A stretch of DNA of 63,646 bases, counting the filler, from Octopus bimaculoides (taxonomy: Eukaryota), in NCBI RefSeq assembly GCF_001194135.2. It is 4 parts of 4 records of this genome, joined end to end, with 100 filler letters (N's around TTAATTAATTAA, not from the genome) between each part and the next. Parts side by side here need not be neighbours in the genome. Positions count along the whole stretch, not along the records: positions 35,359 to 61,846 come from NC_068981.1; positions 61,947 to 63,646 come from NC_068983.1; 2 more parts are not named here. One strand, 5' to 3'. A program made the position numbers and the translations under genes. Of the stretch, positions 50,283-63,646 are shown piece by piece; position 1 is the first letter of the stretch, and each line of letters starts with the position of its first letter. Below the pieces are notes generated by a model. The model was not told the DNA's origin. It did no database searches and saw only the letters and a list, made by a program, of their open reading frames with translations.

Positions 50283-51199
50283 TATATGTTGTTCGTGGAG
50301 AGGTGTATAAAGGAGTGAAATTCTACTGCAGTGAAATGCATATGCATAAATTATTTATTTTCCCTCCTGCAAATGACAATGATAAGAAATCCTAGGGTCA
50401 TTTTTACCGCCTATAAATGAGAAAATGTGTTCACTATACGAAACTAACCACGACTTAATAAATGAAAGTCAGCGGAATTTTCACATTTTTCTTAATCGAA
50501 TTGCAGTTATGGACACTGTATATCAGTTTTGTCTCATCAGTGTAGTTTTATTGTTATTGTATCCGATCATTTTGAAACAATTTAACATACATAAAAAGGG
50601 TTCCGTATTTTCTTGCTTTAGGGTAATTTGCATAATTAAAATTAAAAGGAAATAAATGAAAATAACTCAAATGAGCCACTTGACTGAATTTGTGCATTAA
50701 ATTGAAGTATAGTAAATTCTGCACACGAACTCTTAATTTATTCAGATTCCCCTTGCGAAGTAGAGAGGAAGAAAAGAAAAAAACAAAAACAAAAAAAAAA
50801 CAACAAATTACTAGCAAATTTGAATGAAAGATTTAGATAATTTCAGGTAAATAAGAATAAATTTATGTTTGAATTAACATGGTAGGGACTACACACATAT
50901 ATATGTATGTGTAAATATATGATGCAATATATATATATATATATATATATACATATGTGTGTATGTGTAGCTTGTGCGCGTGCGCTTATGTAAGTCTGTA
51001 AATGCGTGTATGTTTGTGAGTATGGATGCGTGTATGTGTGTATGTCTATATATATCGTTGTATGTGTGTTTATTTGAGAAAATCGCGATAAAAGAAAGCA
51101 CTAAAAATGTCGATGCATATAAATGCAAATACATATTTAACTCAACACACGTTCATCCGTGTGCACGACCGCTTGCGCATTCACGCGTACGCACGCACG

Positions 51200-51230
<31 letters not shown>

Positions 51231-51906
51231 TAATCAATGCACATTATATGTAATAACACGTACACACATACGCTTCCATGTCTACACTATACACACAGAT
51301 GCTGACAAACAAATGCTGACAAACAGATGCTTATATAGGTTCATGGATACGCATGTGTATATGTAGGTGTGTATGAATGTTTAACAGCAGATATATACAA
51401 AACGAAATACATAAATACTAAAAGACTGAACTAGAAATGCTGAAATTTACAAAAATACGATCTTACAAATACAGAAAATTATAGATAATGAAAATGTCTT
51501 TTTTGTTTTAATATAGGAAAATATGAAACATTCATAAATGAATATAAATCCATTCTGTGCTTAACCGCTTTATAAATATATGAGAAAAATATAAAATGCA
51601 GTGTTACGCAAATACAGATATAGATAAATTATTTACTATTGATTTAAGAATTTGTGTGCAATTGTTTAAGAAATTGATGGCAATTGTTTAAAAATTATTG
51701 AAAGTGTTATTTTAAAAGTTGGAAAAGTTACAAAGTTATGAAGTTTTTATAAATATTTAAATATAGTAACGGATAACAAAATATAAATATTCATAACCAC
51801 ACATATGTGCATCTACGTTACTCTTAATTTTAAATTCTAGATTTCTGATTTTGCTGTTTGATCAAAAAGTGATAATCTCCCTTACAATAACTTTGTCGCC
51901 AAGGCT

Positions 51907-51977
<71 letters not shown>

Positions 51978-52901
51978 TGTATGTATGTATATATTGCATA
52001 GGACTTTCTATTAAACATTGGCCTCAGTAATTCTGAGTCAGTATTATTGATGATATCTCTTGGCGCAAAGCACGCCCTTAGCATAGTTAGGATCACACTA
52101 CAAAAAGTAAGCTTTCTCTTCGGGGCCAGAAAATATTTTTCTGTCCCCAACAGCATACTGATGCTCTACACGTTTGAATGGAAGCTCACAATGGTGTACC
52201 GTTCCAAACATCTGGGAACGGTTCTGCTGTTACGTATTGACACATCTTCAACCTCATGTACAAAAGTGTCACTAACAAGTACGCTCCTGTTTCTTTACTG
52301 ATTAATTGCAATCCAATCTCTTACGGGCACGATCTCAACTATGGTTCATTGATGGGATAATTCCGTCTTCCTCTTATTTTCTATCTTCTATCACAATTAT
52401 AATACTCTCTTATTCTCAGAGTCGGTAATTTTCGTATTTCCACCACATATGATTCATAAATAATGCTTTCGGAATATTTTTCTCGCATAATTATTCAAAC
52501 AACTCTACTTTATTATTTGTTCATTACATTGGAAATAAATCTCAACAGTAAACAATAACCATGTACTTTTAAGCACCCTCTCATATATTATATATGTAAT
52601 ATATATGCATTATATATGTAACAACTAAATTATATATTATGCACTTTATTGTGTTGTTAATTCAGTGATCACCCCCTCCTCTCAGTAAAAAATTTGTTTT
52701 GCAAGGAACCGGTTCTTGGTGCAAAAAAAAAAAGAAGCTTTAGGAACTGCTGGCTCGCATTTAAAGATTTCTCCACTCTCCTAGAATACAATGTGTAACT
52801 CATAAATACATACTGACAACTATAAATACAGATTTTGAGCGATTTCAAATCTTCGTTAGTGGATTAATGCCAACAACATATTTACAATTGGCAACAAAAC
52901 G

Positions 52902-52943
<42 letters not shown>

Positions 52944-52999
52944 GCAGTGTTTTATAATATGATAACGATATTTTTTTCCTGTGTCATTATTTGATATAC

Positions 53000-53425
53000 T
53001 TCAGGTGGTGATTCGCAGAATTGTCAGCGCAACGAACAAAATATCTAGTGGCATTTCTTCCGGTTTTGCATTCTGAGTTCAGCTTAGGCTTTCATCATTT
53101 CGAGCATGGTGAAATAAGAAGAATCTGTAAGGCTGGGGTCGATGTACTTGATTAACCTCCTCTACTACCATAAAATGTCAGGCCTTGTGACTAGAGTAGA
53201 AATAATTCTTTGATATACATTTGACATTAGCGTGCCGAACAAATCGCTTAGCAGCATTTTTTCCACTTCTTTACGTCATGATTTCAAATCCAACCGTGCT
53301 CAATTTTGCTTTTCATCGTTTTTGGGGTTAATAAAGAAATATTTCAGCTAAATACAGGGGTAGCTGTAATCAACTGACCCGCTCCTTCCAAAATTGCCGG
53401 GCTTGTTTCGACATTTGAAATCGTT
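53000..53425 (+). mobile_element. two adjacent decayed family C SINE copies
   Basis: ctgagttcagc.. and gatttcaaatcc.. B-box regions with tcatcgttttttggggttaataaa. Confidence 0.55.
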
Positions 53426-55599
53426 ATTTGTTATTCTTTCGTTATTTCCTCTTTGTCCTCCGGTCAATTTCAAACTATCTTTTTTTCTATAAACTGTCTC
53501 CTTTAATGTAAAACTGTTTACGTCACAAATAAACAGACAGTTGGAATGTAAAGAAGCCAGTTTTCATGTTAGAAACAAAAGTTTTGAGTTCGGTTTGTAT
53601 CTGTAGTCAGTCAAACGTCTCACCTATAGCTTGATGTTTCATAAGTGAAGTAGTCTATAACCAGCTGTCTTGTAAAATGTAGAGCGCAATTACAGTATAC
53701 TCGTAACAAGATTGTAGTCGTAGAACAAGCTGGAAGATTCGGCAGTCATTGTCGAACATTGGTTGTTTTAATTCTGTTTCCGCTGCAGCTACAAAAGTGG
53801 ACGGTGTACTTCTGTTTCCGCTGAAGTTAGAAAAATCTATACTTTTAGATAGAAAGAAAGAAATTGTATTATAGATATAAGTAAAATAATCAATTTTTAC
53901 AGAGTCATATTCCTCCATAAACTTATAAACTAGCACACAAGTAATTAGCTTTATATATGCCTGGTAGTATTTCATCGATTGATAACTACTTTGTGGAAGA
54001 GATGAGCAAAGAGATAGCCATACATTTAATAGAAGAGGTATTGAAATGAAAAATGTAAATGTACAAAGAAATCATACTGTTATCGAAACAGTACATATGT
54101 TTATTTCCGTTAGATTTAGCAAGTAAAGTATTGCCGTAAACATGATTTATATTCAGTGAATGTAATCGGTGAATTAGCAGAAATCTACAATGAAAGTTTG
54201 ACGGAACTACAGTAGTGAGATAAATGATAACAGTGTGCAGTGTTTTTATAATACTCTCATAGTGAACGTCAATAAAGTAAATTGGTTAATTTAAAAGGCA
54301 AGTTCCCTTCCGAAATTGATGAGGTCTTCAAGTGAAAGACAGAGTAAAGGTTAGGCTCTATGAAAACCATTGAGGATAATCACTCTAAAACGATGATGAT
54401 GACAATAATGATTTCTCCGTGCATAAAATAATATGTTTCGATATCGATTACTAGATATCTGTGATTTATGTAACCTTCAGAGTAGGTGGATATTCTCGTT
54501 GGTGAATATATAAAAAGACATATAGTTCCATAACCAGAAATCATCTGACGGAACTGCCAACTATCAGAGACTTCTATCTTGATTATTTTTACTTCTAGCA
54601 GTAATTTCCTCCTTTGAACTTACTTTGCAATAAATGAAACACCGCTTATCAAATTTTCCTGAAAATTACTGTCAACTCGTTCTATCTGGTTTTTCATAGT
54701 TTCATAGTCTTCAAAGCCACGCAAGAATGGAGTATAATATAAACCTAGATAAACACTACATCGTTATAACTATTCTAAGGTGTTTGTTCTTCACAGAAAC
54801 TAAGTAATATGGTTTGATAATGCTACAGGACTTTAGTATGGTCAGTTATATGGTATTATATATCTCTAAATGAAACACCTCAGAATAATGAATGCTAGCA
54901 ACCTGTCTGTACTTTAAGAATTATGATCAAAAGTAAATAATTACTGAGACTTAATATTGCTTCGTGAGATAGATCAAAATGTGTAGTGAACTAAAATAAC
55001 GTCTAGGAAATGTCTTCAGGGTTTAGCATACCTATTAATATAATTGTTAAATGAAGATACACTTAACTTTACTGATAACTTACTAAGAAATATATAGTTT
55101 TGAAAGCAGCTGAATTGTAGAGGTTTTAATGAATAGTCTGAAAATGAAGGTCAGTACCCATGAAAATTTAGATAGATTCTAAGACTAACGAAAAAAAGGT
55201 GGATATTTTTCTTATGTTGAGACTGCATCAGAAATAATTGAACACATTGGAATTCCCTAAAGGGACTTCAGTCAAAAGGAGGTCGTGTTAAACAAAACTC
55301 TATCAAAGGACTCATGTAAAATTTATTGTCTAAAAACACCTATGAGCTGAGAAGCATTATAGGTGTTTTAAAAGTGAATTGGAATTCACAACTTCTAAAT
55401 TGGTAGTCTTGTTTATTTTGTTATCGAGACTTTTGACTTGTCTTCCTCACTAATAAGTTATTTCCGGTTCTGAATTACTTATCGTGAAATAGTAATTTCC
55501 AACAATTATCCTGTGCGTTAATACGGTCAACACATCGCAACTATAATGACATCTTCAGATATCAGCACAATCTTATAAACATCACTGTTTATCATACGA

Positions 55600-55870
55600 G
55601 TTATGGTAAACCCCTGGGCTTTAGTGTGTGAAGTCCCAGGGTTCGTAAGGCTGGTTACCCAACTTCCCTGGTGTATAAATGCCCGAGATCACAACATTCC
55701 CCCTGAACAAGATGGTAGCCCGTCGCAGGGTCCCACATTTCCAGCTGGATGGACTGGAACAACACGAAGTGCTATGTTTCGCTCAAAATCACAGCGCACC
55801 GCCTTGTCCGAGAATCGAAACTATACTTTGGCGATCGTGAGTGTAACACCCTGACCACTAGGCCACACAA
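55600..55870 (-). mobile_element. decayed tRNA-derived SINE
   Basis: gagaatcgaaac...cctgaccactaggccac, the reverse complement of a B-type head. Confidence 0.6.
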
Positions 55871-56486
55871 TTTCACTGTTCTGTGATCTAACGATAATTT
55901 AATGAGAGAGTGTAGCGGAATCGACAATCATTGTTGTCAAGCATATTATAACAATTAACCTAAACACCGAATCTTCGTTTTCATGATAAGGCAAACAAAA
56001 GGTAATAAATATCATTTATCTAGAAAACATATTCCTTTCCTTATTAGTTAATTATCATACAGCGCAGTTGTGTTCACAACACTTGAATAACATATATGTA
56101 ATATGCAATAAAGCATGCATAATATAGTGGCAATATTAATTGCTAATTCAACATGACTGATACAGCACATCGAATTAATATATGTATCAATTAATACAGA
56201 TGTTTAATACGATACAAATCTACACCATTATATGAAGGCGATGTTTCAAGTCTGCTTTGAGCGTGATAACTAATACTAACTAAAAAACAAGAGTTTTGCT
56301 AAAAATAATAAACACTGAAACGTATTAGGCATGTAAGTTAGTGGTTTGAGTGTTTGGCTCATGATAATAAGGAGGTGGGTTCAATTCCTGACAGATCGGT
56401 ACGCTGTATCTCTTGAGCCTGGCATTTCATTTTTCACGCTGTTCCAGTCTGTTCGGCTGCATTTAATATCAAGTGGATACTAATAT

Positions 56487-56523
<37 letters not shown>

Positions 56524-57149
56524 TTCCAGCTGTTATATCCTATATGTTATATTGGCACAAAGATATTGAGGCGGCGAAGACGTTGCTTAAGTGTGCTCGA
56601 GACTGTATAGGAGCCTAAATCATCAAACTGAAGTTTGAAACATTTTACCTGGTGATATTCATCCGAGAGTAACGGCTGGCTACACTGCTGTACTCCAGTA
56701 TTGCATTCATACTTGACTGAAGGCGTTAATCAAACTCTGTGAAAAACATATCTTAATTATTTGATACTTTCTTTCCAAAAGCAAGAATACAAATTTCTTA
56801 GAAGACATTCTTAGCACATTTCAAGATACTTGAAGGTGATACGTTCATATATATTCCTTGAAGCCAACAGAACTATGCCAAAGAATCAGTATAGTATACA
56901 ATATATGTGTAGATGTGTGTAAGAAGTGTTTTTGTAAAGGAAAACGTGCGATGAACACAAGAGGCTGTTGATACTATTTATTCTTTACGAAAGTTTCGCC
57001 ATTGTAGTAATTTTCATCCATTGCAGTAGGTGTTCATAGACTAATTAAATGCAGATCCACAACTGTTCTTTAAGTAACTGTTTATTAGATTAAGTTGACA
57101 TAGCACAGATCAAATGCTTGCTCATTTCGTTACATTACACACATCAACA

Positions 57150-57375
57150 TCGGTTGTCAAGCGATGGTGGCGGGGACAAACATAGACACAAATAACAAAT
57201 ACATACATACACATATAGAAAGAGAGGCATACGACGGGCTTCTTTTAGTTTCCGTCCGCCAAATACACTCACAAAGCTTTGGTCGGCCGGAGGCTATAGT
57301 AGAAGACACTTGCCCAAGGTGCCAAGCAGTAGGACTGAACCCGGAAGCATGTGGTTGGTAAGCAATCTTTTTTTG
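57150..57375 (-). mobile_element. family D SINE (head plus part of tail)
   Basis: Matches 6140-6300. Confidence 0.8.
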
Positions 57376-57605
57376 CACAACTTTGAAAAATTTTTAGTCG
57401 AATGAACCAAGCTGTGTATTTATTTTCTTAAAACCTGCTATTTATTCCCTTTTGCCGAACCGCTAAGTTACGGGGCCGTAGACGTACAGACACAGTTTTT
57501 CAAGCGTTGGTAAGGAACAAACACAGCCAGAAAGACNNNNNNNNNNNNNNNNNNNNNNNNNNNNNNNNNNNNNNNNNNNNNNACACGCGCGCGCACACAG
57601 ATATG

Positions 57606-57671
<66 letters not shown>

Positions 57672-57974
57672 TACACACACATATATATATACCCCCCCCC
57701 ATATATATATTTATATATATTTATATATATATATATGAAATGCACATGCGTGTGTATATGTATACGCAGTCACGCACACACATGCACATGCACATGCACA
57801 CACGATTGAACATCTGGATATATGCATCTATGTATATAGATTGTTCTCAATGTGGGAATATATATTTATATGTATATATCATGAATATATACACACACAC
57901 ACTCATACACTTATACACTACACGTGCACACACACATAATATATATAATATATATATAATATATATATACCCTT

Positions 57975-58190
57975 TACTCTTTACTCTTTTACTTGTTTCA
58001 GTCAGTTGACTTCGGCCATGCTGGAGCACCGCCTTTAGTCGAGCAAGTCGACCCCAGAACTTATTCTTTGTAAGCCTAGTACTTATTCTATCGGTTTCTT
58101 TTGCCGAAATGCTATGTTACGGGGACGTAAACACACCAGCATCGGTTGTCAACTGATGTTTTTTTTGGGGGGGGGGCAAACACAGACACA
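57975..58190 (-). mobile_element. family D SINE tail
   Basis: ttactcttttacttgtttcagtc...ggccatgctggagcaccgcc. Confidence 0.8.
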
Positions 58191-58587
58191 AAAACACACA
58201 TATATATATACAGATACATATATACGTGTGTGTGCGTGTGTGTGTGTGTGTGTGTATGTGCGTGTGTGTGTTGTAAAGAATGGGTTGTTAACGCTCATCA
58301 AATATTTCCACAAAATGCCTAATTTTAAACTCCAGCTTCCTCAACAAGTTATGAGTGCAGAAGCAGGAGAGACGGCTACAAATATGAACATCATCGAGCG
58401 AGGATGAAAGCAGAAAGACAAGAAATAACCAGGATAAAGAATGTATTTTTATGAAAAGTTTCACATACAATTTACATAATGTAATCATGTCTTATCCTTC
58501 CAAATGTTTCGGATAATCGATGACTGGTTGTTGCCGCCATGCATATTATGCAAAGAAGTCCAATATTGAGTCAATATTTTAGGCATT

Positions 58588-58800
58588 AAGGCGGTGAGCT
58601 GGCAGAAACGTTAGCACGCCGGGCGAAATGCCTTGCGGTATTTCGTCTGTCTTTATGTTCTGAGTTCAAATTCCGCTGAGGTCGACTTTGCCTTTCATCC
58701 TTTCGGGGTCGATAAATTAAGTACCAGTTGCGTACTGGAGTCGATCTAATTGATTGACCTTCTCCCTTAAAATTTCGGACCCTTTGCCTAGAGTAGAAAA
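58588..58800 (+). mobile_element. family C SINE
   Basis: ggcggtgagctggcagaaacgttagcacgccgggcgaaatg. Confidence 0.85.
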
Positions 58801-58910
58801 GAATATTTTTAGACATTCATAAAAACAACCAAAAAGTATCTGCTAGCATGGATTTTGGTAGCACCATGCAACAAAATTACATCCTCATCAGCATAGCTGG
58901 ACAAAGTACA

Positions 58911-58961
<51 letters not shown>

Positions 58962-59242
58962 ATATTTATCTTCCAACTGATTATGTCTGCTCCTGTCACC
59001 ACCCTTCCATTATCACAGAACTTTCATAGATGCGATGACAAATGAGATCAACATAAAAAGGTTTCTGTATGTCATTGAAATATAGTGGTAAATGCTAATA
59101 CAACACGAGTACCACTCTTTGAATCTCTGTGATTAGTACGCAATGACAGTAGTCGAATGAAACCACAAGTTTTGCATCAGAGTGTTTCTCTCTTTGAAAG
59201 ATAGTGTGAGATTAGGTTTATATATAAATTTAATATTACATA

Positions 59243-59745
59243 ATCTTAGATATGTTTCGACCAAAGGTTGCTCCAGGCCATGTCTAACTTAATAGCACTA
59301 CCCGATAGGATTAGCTAAATCCTTCTTAAGTCAAGTTTTGTGGTATCCTGATCCATTCGAGTAGAGAGTTCTTGTTGAGTGAGTTTTATCCAGGTATAGA
59401 TAGCTTGTCTGGTATTCGTTGAAGAAATTTGCCCAGATCCCGTTTAAAGATTATGGGATCCTTTACCTCTTTGATTTGTTAGGGACACTATTAAATATGA
59501 CAGGGCCTGTTGAGGAAAAGAATTTGTGTTGCAGTGTATTTATGTCTTGTGATCCAGAATTGGGTAGGGGCCGTATGGCTTGTGGTCCTAGCCTTGGATG
59601 AATTGTGAAACTAATGTTGAGGTCGTTTGAGCAATGCTGGTGGTAAATTCTCCGTATCGTGCAAAGGATGTATCGCTCATAGTGTTGAAAAGTGGAGAAA
59701 ACAACATCCTATGAGTCCGCAGGAAATTTCTCAGGAAGCCCTCTA
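59243..59745 (-). mobile_element. CR1/L2-group LINE 3' fragment
   Basis: ..ERYILCTIRRIY..NDLNISFTIHPRLGPQAIRPLP..TLQHKFFSSTGPVIFNSVP..FKRDLGKFLQRIPD..NSLLEW, a post-RT C-terminus. Confidence 0.7.
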
Positions 59746-59754
59746 TTTTTCATT

Positions 59755-59978
59755 TCTTTATTGCCCACAGGGGATAAACATAGAGGGGACAAACAAGGAC
59801 AGACAAAGGGGTTAAGTCGATTACATCGACCCCAGTGTGAGACTGGTACTTAAATTTTCGACCCCGAAAGAATGAAAAGCAAAGTCGACCTCGGTGGCAT
59901 TTGAACTCAGAACGTAACGGCAGATGAAATACCGTTAAGCATTTCGCCCGGCGTGCTAAAGTTTCTGCCAGCTCGCCT
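59755..59978 (-). mobile_element. family C SINE
   Basis: Matches 15563-15784. Confidence 0.85.
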
Positions 59979-59989
59979 TCTGATGATCA

Positions 59990-60500
59990 TCCACACAACC
60001 CCAAAATAGGTGGACTAACATATATTAAAAGAAGACGTGGATATGGAACGCTCAGTATACCAAGAGAAGATTATAAATGGGTATGTTTCTCGAACACTCG
60101 AAGTTGACACAATAATATCGACATGAAGTGTAACCTTTCTTGGAATCGCGATCTCTATGTTTCATCACACTCCAAAGGCTATGTTACACATTATCAAAAT
60201 ACGGAAGAGGCAATGATACCCTTTGATCCCCAACGTGCAACCGAGTATGTCAATTATGCAACATTTCTGTGGAAGACGTCATACATGTGATCAGCAGATG
60301 CTCAAAAATGTCGCCGAGGTAGTACTTCCTGATCAACATGACGTTGTCGCTAAAACAATATACAATACCATCCGAAAATAGATTGTCCTGAATTAAAGAT
60401 AGACATACATTCATCTCGACATTGAATGCATTCACAAACATCAGCACGAGGAATATTGGTTGACCATTCCTATTAGAACTTCTACCAAGCGCAAATGTAG
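59990..60500 (+). mobile_element. R4/Dong-like non-LTR fragment with CCHC zinc knuckle
   Basis: CQLCNISVEDVIHVISRC (C-x2-C-x8-H-x4-C), then QHDVVAKTIY (RHD-like) and EEYWLTIPIRTS; frameshifted. Confidence 0.8.
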
Positions 60501-60507
60501 AATTCTT

Positions 60508-60985
60508 ATTTCTTTATTGCCCACAAGGGGCTAAACATAGAAGGGACAAACAAGGACAGACAAAGGGATTAAGTCGATTACATCGACCCCAGTGCGTAAC
60601 TAGTACTTAATTTATCGACCCCGAAAGGATGAAAGGCAAAGTCGACCTCGGAGGGATTTGAACTCAGAACGTAACGGCAGACGAAATACCGCTAAGCATT
60701 TCGCCCGGCGTGCTAACGTTTCTTATTTTTTATTTCCCACAAGGGGCTAAACATGGAGGAGACAAACAAGGACAGACAAAGGGATTAAGTCGATTACATC
60801 GAGCCCAGTGTGCAACTGGTACTTAATTTATCGACCCCAGTGCGCAACTGGTACTTAATTTATCGACCCCGAAAGGATGAAAGACAAGACCGACCTCGGA
60901 GGAAATAGAACTCAAAACGTAACGACAGACGAAATACCGATAAACATTTCGCCAGCCGTGCTAACGGTTCTGCCAGCTCGCCGCC
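60508..60985 (-). mobile_element. tandem dimer of family C SINE with an internal duplication
   Basis: Two consecutive units; tttatcgaccccagtgcgcaactggtacttaa is duplicated in the second. Confidence 0.85.
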
Positions 60986-61721
60986 TTTATGTAGAATTCT
61001 GGTGATCGTTGTTTGGCACAGATAAGTAAAAATATGTACAGTCGTAAATGTCAGTGGTCTTGCTCTTCGAAAATCAAAGAGAAATAAGAAAACTACCGAG
61101 AAATAAGATAACTGGTTTGAAACTTCCAGTTATATTATAAATTCACATTTATACCAATAATGTTTGGTGCATTTAGTTTTGTTTATATATATCTAAGTGA
61201 CAACACTGGAAAAGCTAGCGCTTTTAGAAGACGAAATCAGCCAGCGAACACACATTTCAAATACAACCTGTAAACGGAACAGTAGAAATATGCAAGCCTT
61301 TTCTCAAATTAAAAAGAAGGCATTATTTTTATTATTTATATTCCGATGATAGTACTTTGTATCTTTGTTAGTAACTAGTTCTTTTCTTACAAGAAGAATT
61401 CGGATAATTAAAACTAGATGCGAACATACATACAGGTAGAAATTACAAGTAAGACAATTGTACAACCCAATATCAGGTTACAACATTCAAGTGTATACTT
61501 TATACATTGTAATTGAAAATGTTGATAGCTGTCTCAAGTCACTTACTGCAGCTGATTACATTTTCTGCAATTAGATGCAAAATGGAATTTCTGACAGTAA
61601 TCAATATTTCCAGCTGTAATATATATAATATAATATATTGTAAATGCATTAAATATCCAATATATTCCAATCAACCATTGAATACTACAAAGAAATTTAC
61701 TTTTACATATGCACACATACA

Positions 61722-61825
<104 letters not shown>

Positions 61826-61890
61826 TACATATATATACGTATATATNNNNNNNNNNNNNNNNNNNNNNNNNNNNNNNNNNNNNNNNNNNN

Positions 61891-61902
61891 TTAATTAATT
61901 AA
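61891..61902. other. artificial scaffolding spacer TTAATTAATTAA
   Basis: Flanked by N-runs. Confidence 0.9.
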
Positions 61903-61946
61903 NNNNNNNNNNNNNNNNNNNNNNNNNNNNNNNNNNNNNNNNNNNN

Positions 61947-62000
<54 letters not shown>

Positions 62001-62393
62001 GACACACATCTATACACTCACAGACGTACATGTATATGTATGTGTATTTGTGTGCTTTGCATGTATACAGTTTCATTCAATCAAATCCACTCGCAAGAAT
62101 TTGGTAGCTTTTATTTGCCCAAGATGGCAAACATAGGAATTGTACCTGAAACAATATAGCTGCAGTGCAAATTTTTTGACAGTAGAACTATACCATATAA
62201 AAGTTGCATTGATGTACAATAAGCTACAGGGTTAAAATAATGACCTGCTCATCTCCTAATCCAGAGGTTCTCAAACTTTTTGGGCCACCCTGTTCCTCAT
62301 GGCTACATAACACCCCCAGTGCCCCCTATTTTTATATTTTACTAATTTATATATACTGTGAATCATTTGATATTTATATAAAATATAATTTGT

Positions 62394-62590
62394 AAGGTGG
62401 TGAGCTGGCAGAAATATTAACATGCTGGGCGAAATGCTTAGCGGTACTTTGTCTTTTCGTTCTGAGTTCAAATTCCGCCGAGGTCGACTTTGTCTTTTAT
62501 CCTTTCAGGGTCAATAAATTAAGTACCAGTTGTGTCTAATCGACTGGCCCCTCACCCAAAAAATTTTGAGCCTTCTGCCTAGAGTAGGAA
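62394..62590 (+). mobile_element. family C SINE
   Basis: ggtggtgagctggcagaaatattaac...gagttcaaattccgccgaggtcgac. Confidence 0.8.
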
Positions 62591-62629
62591 AAAAAAAAAT
62601 TATATAATTATATACAATACTAACATTTG

Positions 62630-62915
62630 AGTGTGGTCGTTGCCAGTGCCACTGGACTGGCTCCTGTGCAGGTGGCAAGTAAAATACATCATTTTTAGTG
62701 TAGCTGTTGCCAGTACCGCCTGACTGGCCTTCGTGCCGGTGGCACGTAAAAGCACCCACTACACTCTCTGAGTGGTTGGTGTTAGGAAGGGCATCTAGCT
62801 GTAGAAACTCTGCCAGATCAGATTGGAGTCTGGTGTAGCCATCTGGTTCGCCAGTCCTCAGTCAAATCGTCCAACCCATGCTAACATGGAAAGCGGATGT
62901 TAAACAATGATGAGG
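62630..62915 (+). mobile_element. RTE 3' UTR copy
   Basis: Near-identical to 66-352. Confidence 0.85.
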
Positions 62916-63354
62916 ATGAATAATATTATCATAAATTCATAGCCTTCCCCAATCCACTACCTTCCTTCCCGCCCCTCTTTTTTTCTCTACCACCCACTTA
63001 TGCACCAGTGCTCACCTGGGTCGTCTCAACACCCACTAGGGTTGCCGTAGCACCCACTTTGAAAACCTATGCTCTAATCAGTAGTTCAGACTTCCCAATC
63101 ATATGGCACATTAATGTCAACTTGGACAAGACATACATTTTCTGTTTTGGTGCTTCTCTCTTGACAATAGATTCCAATCGTATTTTATTATTGAGATATC
63201 TATAGTGGTACAAATGATATCTTGCCAGCTGAGAAAAAAAAAAAAAATCAATGGTTTGTGCATAACTATATACGTAGTGCAATGTCATATAAGTAACCTC
63301 CTGCTAAAATTCACTCACCTACTTTCAGTAAAGCAAAGAAGAAAAAAAAACATA

Positions 63355-63646
63355 TTGAAAGGTAGATCTGGTGAAATTGTTGAGATGCTTGAACGGAGAT
63401 GCGTAGATATGTGCTGCATCCAGGAAGTAAGATGGAGAGGAGGTTCTGCAAGGTTCCTCACAGGCAAAGAACACAGGTACAAGATTTTCTGGGCAGGGAA
63501 CACTGACGGGGTCGGGGGCGTAGGAATACTTCTAGCGGAGAAATGGGTGGATAAGGTAATCGAGGTCGTTAGAGTAAGTGACAGAGTACTTAAGATCAGA
63601 CTAGTGCTTCATCATAGATTAGCTACTGTCATCTCAGCCTATGCAC
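63355..63646 (+). mobile_element. RTE LINE ORF, apurinic endonuclease N-terminus; uninterrupted and running off the window
   Basis: LKGRSGEIVEMLERRCVDMCCIQEVRWRGGSARF..YKIFWAG..GGVGILLAEKWVDKV..VSDRVLKIRL..VISAYA. 97 codons with no stop; absent from the ORF track because it is not closed. Confidence 0.9.

Noticed and set aside
54624-54658. 35-nt minus-strand micro-exon (ttttcag ... gtaagt)
   Set aside because: Surrounding sequence looks like a decayed RT fragment, and such signal pairs arise by chance in AT-rich DNA.

Overview
This is repeat-rich eukaryotic DNA. The microsatellite load and the tRNA-SINE and RTE repeat families point to an Octopus genome, but the species cannot be fixed from the sequence. 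The one clear host gene is the 3' part of a mixed-lineage kinase (MLK, MAP3K9/10/11/21 family, slipper-like) on the + strand. Seven phase-consistent GT-AG coding exons (13396-27379) cover the kinase C-lobe, leucine zippers, CRIB motif and C-terminal tail. The SH3 and N-lobe exons were not found and lie upstream or in gaps. The rest is introns and intergenic DNA filled with tRNA-derived SINEs and fragments of RTE, R4/Dong-like, CR1/L2-like, Penelope-like and Gypsy-like retroelements. It also holds mariner/Tc1 relics, MITEs, microsatellites, N-gaps and three artificial TTAATTAATTAA spacers. The best novelty candidate is a non-autonomous element: a tRNA-like Pol III head, then (AAT)n, then a Penelope-type tail containing a minimal type I hammerhead ribozyme. 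It occurs twice as an inverted pair (25560-26064 and 48647-48945). One pair forms a roughly 250-bp-arm hairpin 170 nt upstream of the last MLK exon and puts a hammerhead on the pre-mRNA strand. All calls are from reading by eye; no database search, folding or alignment was run, and these repeat families may already be catalogued.
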